From: Bugula neritina
Lineage: Eukaryota > Animalia > Bryozoa
NCBI GenBank assembly: GCA_964035545.1
Contig: OZ037767.1
Span: 29,404,628-29,468,627, forward strand
Reading direction: 5' to 3'
Length of the DNA stretch: 64,000 nucleotides
Made by a program: the position numbers and the translations under genes
The notes under the pieces: generated by a model
The model's input: only the letters and a program-made list of their open reading frames with translations
The model's database searches: none
What the model was told of the DNA's origin: nothing
Part shown: positions 54,830-64,000 of the stretch, in pieces
Numbering within the stretch: position 1 is the first letter of the stretch
How the letters are laid out: the number at the start of each line of letters is the position of its first letter

Positions 54830-55914
54830 AGCTATATAAGCGTCTTTATTGTGGGTGTCGGGTGTAGTTCTAATTGGTTAGTAATAGTTCAACTATCACT
54901 ACAACTGTAATGGATATATGCACTAGTGACTGGCTGTGATCACTATGAGTGAGTGTTGACTGTTGGAGTTGTCATCACATTAAGCAAATATTGAACTCCT
55001 CTGGTCAGGAAGAATAATGCCGCCTTAAACTGCAAGTAAAAGTACAAAGTAACTATGAACATATGAAAGCGAGTAACATCAAGCTTGCAGTAAAATAAAT
55101 CTTAGGTCCAGAACCCAAAACAAAAGCAAAGATTAACATTAGTTTTAGGAGTCTTATCTAATACTGAAGCTGTGACTTTAAGATAACCTTACACTTAGTT
55201 TGAGCAACTTGTGGATATATTTTATTATTTCTATTAATATAAATATAATTATTATTATAAATAATTATATAAAATTGAATATAAGTCAAAATATAACAAT
55301 AGTTATTAATATAAAAAATATAAAGGTAAATAATAATATCAGAATATAAATGATAATTAATTGTTACTATGAGTATCATATCATAATTAATATGAATATG
55401 AATTTGGTTATCATTATTAATATCATAATGATAATAATTATAATTACTATAAAATTATTATTAAATGTCACTTTAAGTTTATAATACTGATTATGTCTAT
55501 ATTAATGATGCTATGTAGCTGAACTTAATTATAATGATAATGAGTTAATGCTGTGCTCATGCTGATGAACATAGAACATAATACATACTAGAAAATTAGG
55601 ATATTATAATTATTAGTAAATAAGTAATATTCATATTGATATTCAAAATCAATTTCAATCAACATCATGATCATAATCATCATATAATGACTACAATTAA
55701 ACAAGTGCTAATTTAAATAACACTAACACCAAAAATACCAGCCCAACAATAATTTAAATTATAATGACCATGATAATACTACTAATTATAATGACTGTCA
55801 TAATAATATCAATATTAATATGAACATGACCTTGGAGTTGGCTATGTTATGTAAAGTTCTCGATGTTATTACCGGAAATTAATACCGACCTTGACCAGAA
55901 GCTTCACAAACTTA

Positions 55915-55956
55915 TCACATGACATTTGCTGTTTCCTGTTAGTCACATGACGTGAC
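55915..55956 (+). promoter_or_regulatory. M-box/CLEAR-like (MITF/TFEB) element cluster upstream of V-ATPase B
   Basis: TCACATGAC (55915-55923) and GTCACATGACGTGAC (55942-55956), 53-94 bp before the ATG. Confidence 0.7.
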
Positions 55957-56008
55957 TGGAGAGAGTTTTAACTGATCTACAATAGCATAGTGCAAGTGGA
56001 AACCCAAA

Positions 56009-61448
<5,440 letters not shown>

Positions 61449-62435
61449 ACCTACTATCTATTCCTTAATCTATTCTACTTTTTATTACTTGATGTTTTCG
61501 AGCATCTCTTTTGCAAGCTTTGTTACATCAGTGCCAAAGGATCAGCGACAGTTTGTGCTGCGTGTTATATCTATCTAGTTCATTCCATAGAACTATTAGT
61601 TTCTCAATTGGCCGGCTGTACAAATTTCTACACTAGTAATGATGTATTTTGTAGTACATGTGAACCAATTTGTATTGGTACTTGCACATAGTTAATATTT
61701 GTTGAAAACCTTGGAGTCATTACCATATTTTTGAATGTGCAATTTTATTTTAAATGTTATTTATGGGTAAGACAGTTAAATAAAATAATATATATAAGAA
61801 AATAAATTGTATCAAAATATTTCTTTTGACTTGTAAGTTTGTATAAAGTAAAACCAAATAACCTGACGTTGACACCATAGTGTGCTGGAAAGTAGATATG
61901 CCAGTGTAAATTACTAGTTTCCATTTATATCTTTTCCATTATTCTTTAAAATGGATCTAAAAATAGATTACAAAGTTATATAATGTCATACATGATGCTA
62001 GACTCATAAAATTGGATTTGCTCTAAGGCATATCACTGCTACACTGCAATACTAATATTGTACTGAATAATTTATCACATTTTTTTTATTCAATAGAACA
62101 CACAGCCTTACTAGCTAGTTATAAAGCTACCTCTGCAGATTGAAGGCTAATAATTTTAGATCGTATCTATTTTGTTAGCATTTTCTTTTATGCTGCTTAC
62201 AGTACCTCGTCAAGAGGAGACAACTTGAATACATAATCTTGAATACTGACTGTATTGGGTGATGCCTTATCATATTGCTAACAAATAGTGGCAGCCAGAA
62301 GGTGTAAAAACAAGTCTAATAACTGTGTTTGAATGATATCAGTGAAAAAACAAGTTTGTCTAAGTTTTAAGTCTAAATGGGTTAACTGTCATTTTCACTA
62401 GGATTGGCTCACTCAGTAGAGGGGAGACAACTTAC

Positions 62436-64000
62436 AATATTTCTGCCAAGATAAGATCCTGGTTCCTTTGCCTGTTTCTGATAGACCGAGCACTCAGGTC
62501 CACGTCGTGTAACTGGAGCTGTATCTTGTTGATTAGTTTGTTGGTGTCTTCTTTATTTCCCATCTCATTCTCATATACCCTCAACTCCTCGTTCTCTATC
62601 TTCTCACTTTTTGTGTAGTGCTTGCAATGAAGTCTCTATAATGAATACATGTTGTAACGAATAATCCTGAATATATGGGCAAAAATCGGTATTGTATGCA
62701 ATAAAATTGTGCTATCTGTAAATAAAACGCAAATAAAAAGCAGAAATATTTTATACAAGTAAAGTACAGCTATGGCTTTGCCTTATAGAGCAGTAAATTT
62801 TATCCAACAGTAAATTAATTTACATTTTACTAATTTTGTACTCTTACAAATAAAATTGTAACGCATACAACTTTCACACCTGACAGCCAAAAGGCACACC
62901 ATTGACTTCCACCCTAGACACGATCCAAGCCCTGTTGAGGTAGACCTCAAGCTGTGCATTTCTTCTCATGGATTCGTAAGTGTCTGACAGTTGGGCAATG
63001 AGAATGTTCATTAACATCACCATGCAGACGAACAGGAAAGCTAGGAATAGTATTGTAGCGTACCACCTGCAAATTATACAATGATCAAATACACGTTTTT
63101 AAATATTATTTATTTCAGAATCATTTCACATAGATAGTCTGAAAACATTATAGTTTATAGAAATTTAATTATTCTTGGCAGTTGTTTTAAAGTATTTACT
63201 TAACTTTTTAACTTTACTTAACATTTTAGTGTGGTGATTAAAGTGGTAAGCTACTTTCACTCATTTGATTAAACTTTATTTTCTAAGAACTTCAATCAAC
63301 AGTAGTTAAAAGTAGACAGGTGTTAGTTTGCTTTGAACGTATAAACAGATTATATATAAGTATAACTGCAAATTAAAACCTATTTAAGTAATGTCTGTAT
63401 AATGCCTTAATTTTATGAAGAACCAGATTGAGTTCATGAGATAAAGCTGTGCTAGTTGAGATCACTGATGCAATACTGAGGTGTGGTTTGGCAGGTATTC
63501 AAAGCATCTACTGACATGCTTATACTCACCCATACACATGGCCTTGATCATTGAAATACTCTAGAACTGGACCTTGTTCAACCAGTACCCGGGAAGAAGT
63601 TAGCAATATGTTCCAAAAGTCACTGCAAAAATATTATCACATTAAAAACCAGGCATTTAAAAACTATTTTATACTTCCAATTGATCAAAAATAATAAATT
63701 TTACAAATACAGCTGTATAACTTGATACAGCAAAATAGCCAAAAATGCTATTTTTATGAACCTTAAAAGCTTTATATAGGCTGCTCTATATTTTGAATAT
63801 TAAGCTATATTAGATACATTAAAATGTTCATTACTTTACGCAAACCTGGTTCGTATGTTGTTGGTAGATGCAAGCGTGCCGTCTAGCCTCAGTGCCATAG
63901 CAAAGCTGCCACTAAATGCCAACATGATAATGAAAAACATTATCAGGAAGTCTACAAACTCCTTGGTAGCCATTCTAAATATAATCTGGGAGTATGCCCT
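62436..64000 (-). CDS. TRP cation channel (TRPV/TRPA-like), partial: S5, pore, S6 and C-terminal coiled coil
   Basis: ...DFLIMFFIIMLAFSGSFAMAL...|...|WYATILFLAFLFVCMVMLMNILIAQLSDTYESMRRNAQLEVYLNRAWIV. The gene continues beyond the window and its last exons were not resolved. Confidence 0.8.

Noticed and set aside
61860-62435. Candidate final exons of the TRP channel
   Set aside because: No unambiguous in-phase exon chain could be established by eye.

Overview
AT-rich, gene-dense eukaryotic (metazoan, probably invertebrate) genomic DNA with short GT-AG introns. In order: NUF2-like (-), CCDC174 (+), CSDE1/UNR (-), CHMP2A (+), an orphan single-pass membrane gene (-), EFCAB6-like (-), two orphan secreted-protein genes (+), an orphan small membrane protein with endocytic motifs (+), COQ9 (-), V-ATPase subunit B (+) and part of a TRP-channel gene (-). 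Mobile and RNA elements are a Harbinger-type MITE, a tRNA-derived SINE and a Penelope-like remnant containing a minimal hammerhead ribozyme motif. The most unusual signals are three. (1) Tandem arrays built from the exon-intron junction itself recur across four genes, giving up to 7 donor or 9 acceptor copies in a row. (2) The hammerhead sits sense-oriented in an intron inside a 72-bp inverted repeat, and the flanking (TA)n runs straight into the 3' splice site. (3) A mosaic of 5-6-mer micro-duplications appears around the three housekeeping bidirectional promoters. All gene models were spliced by eye; no database searches were run.
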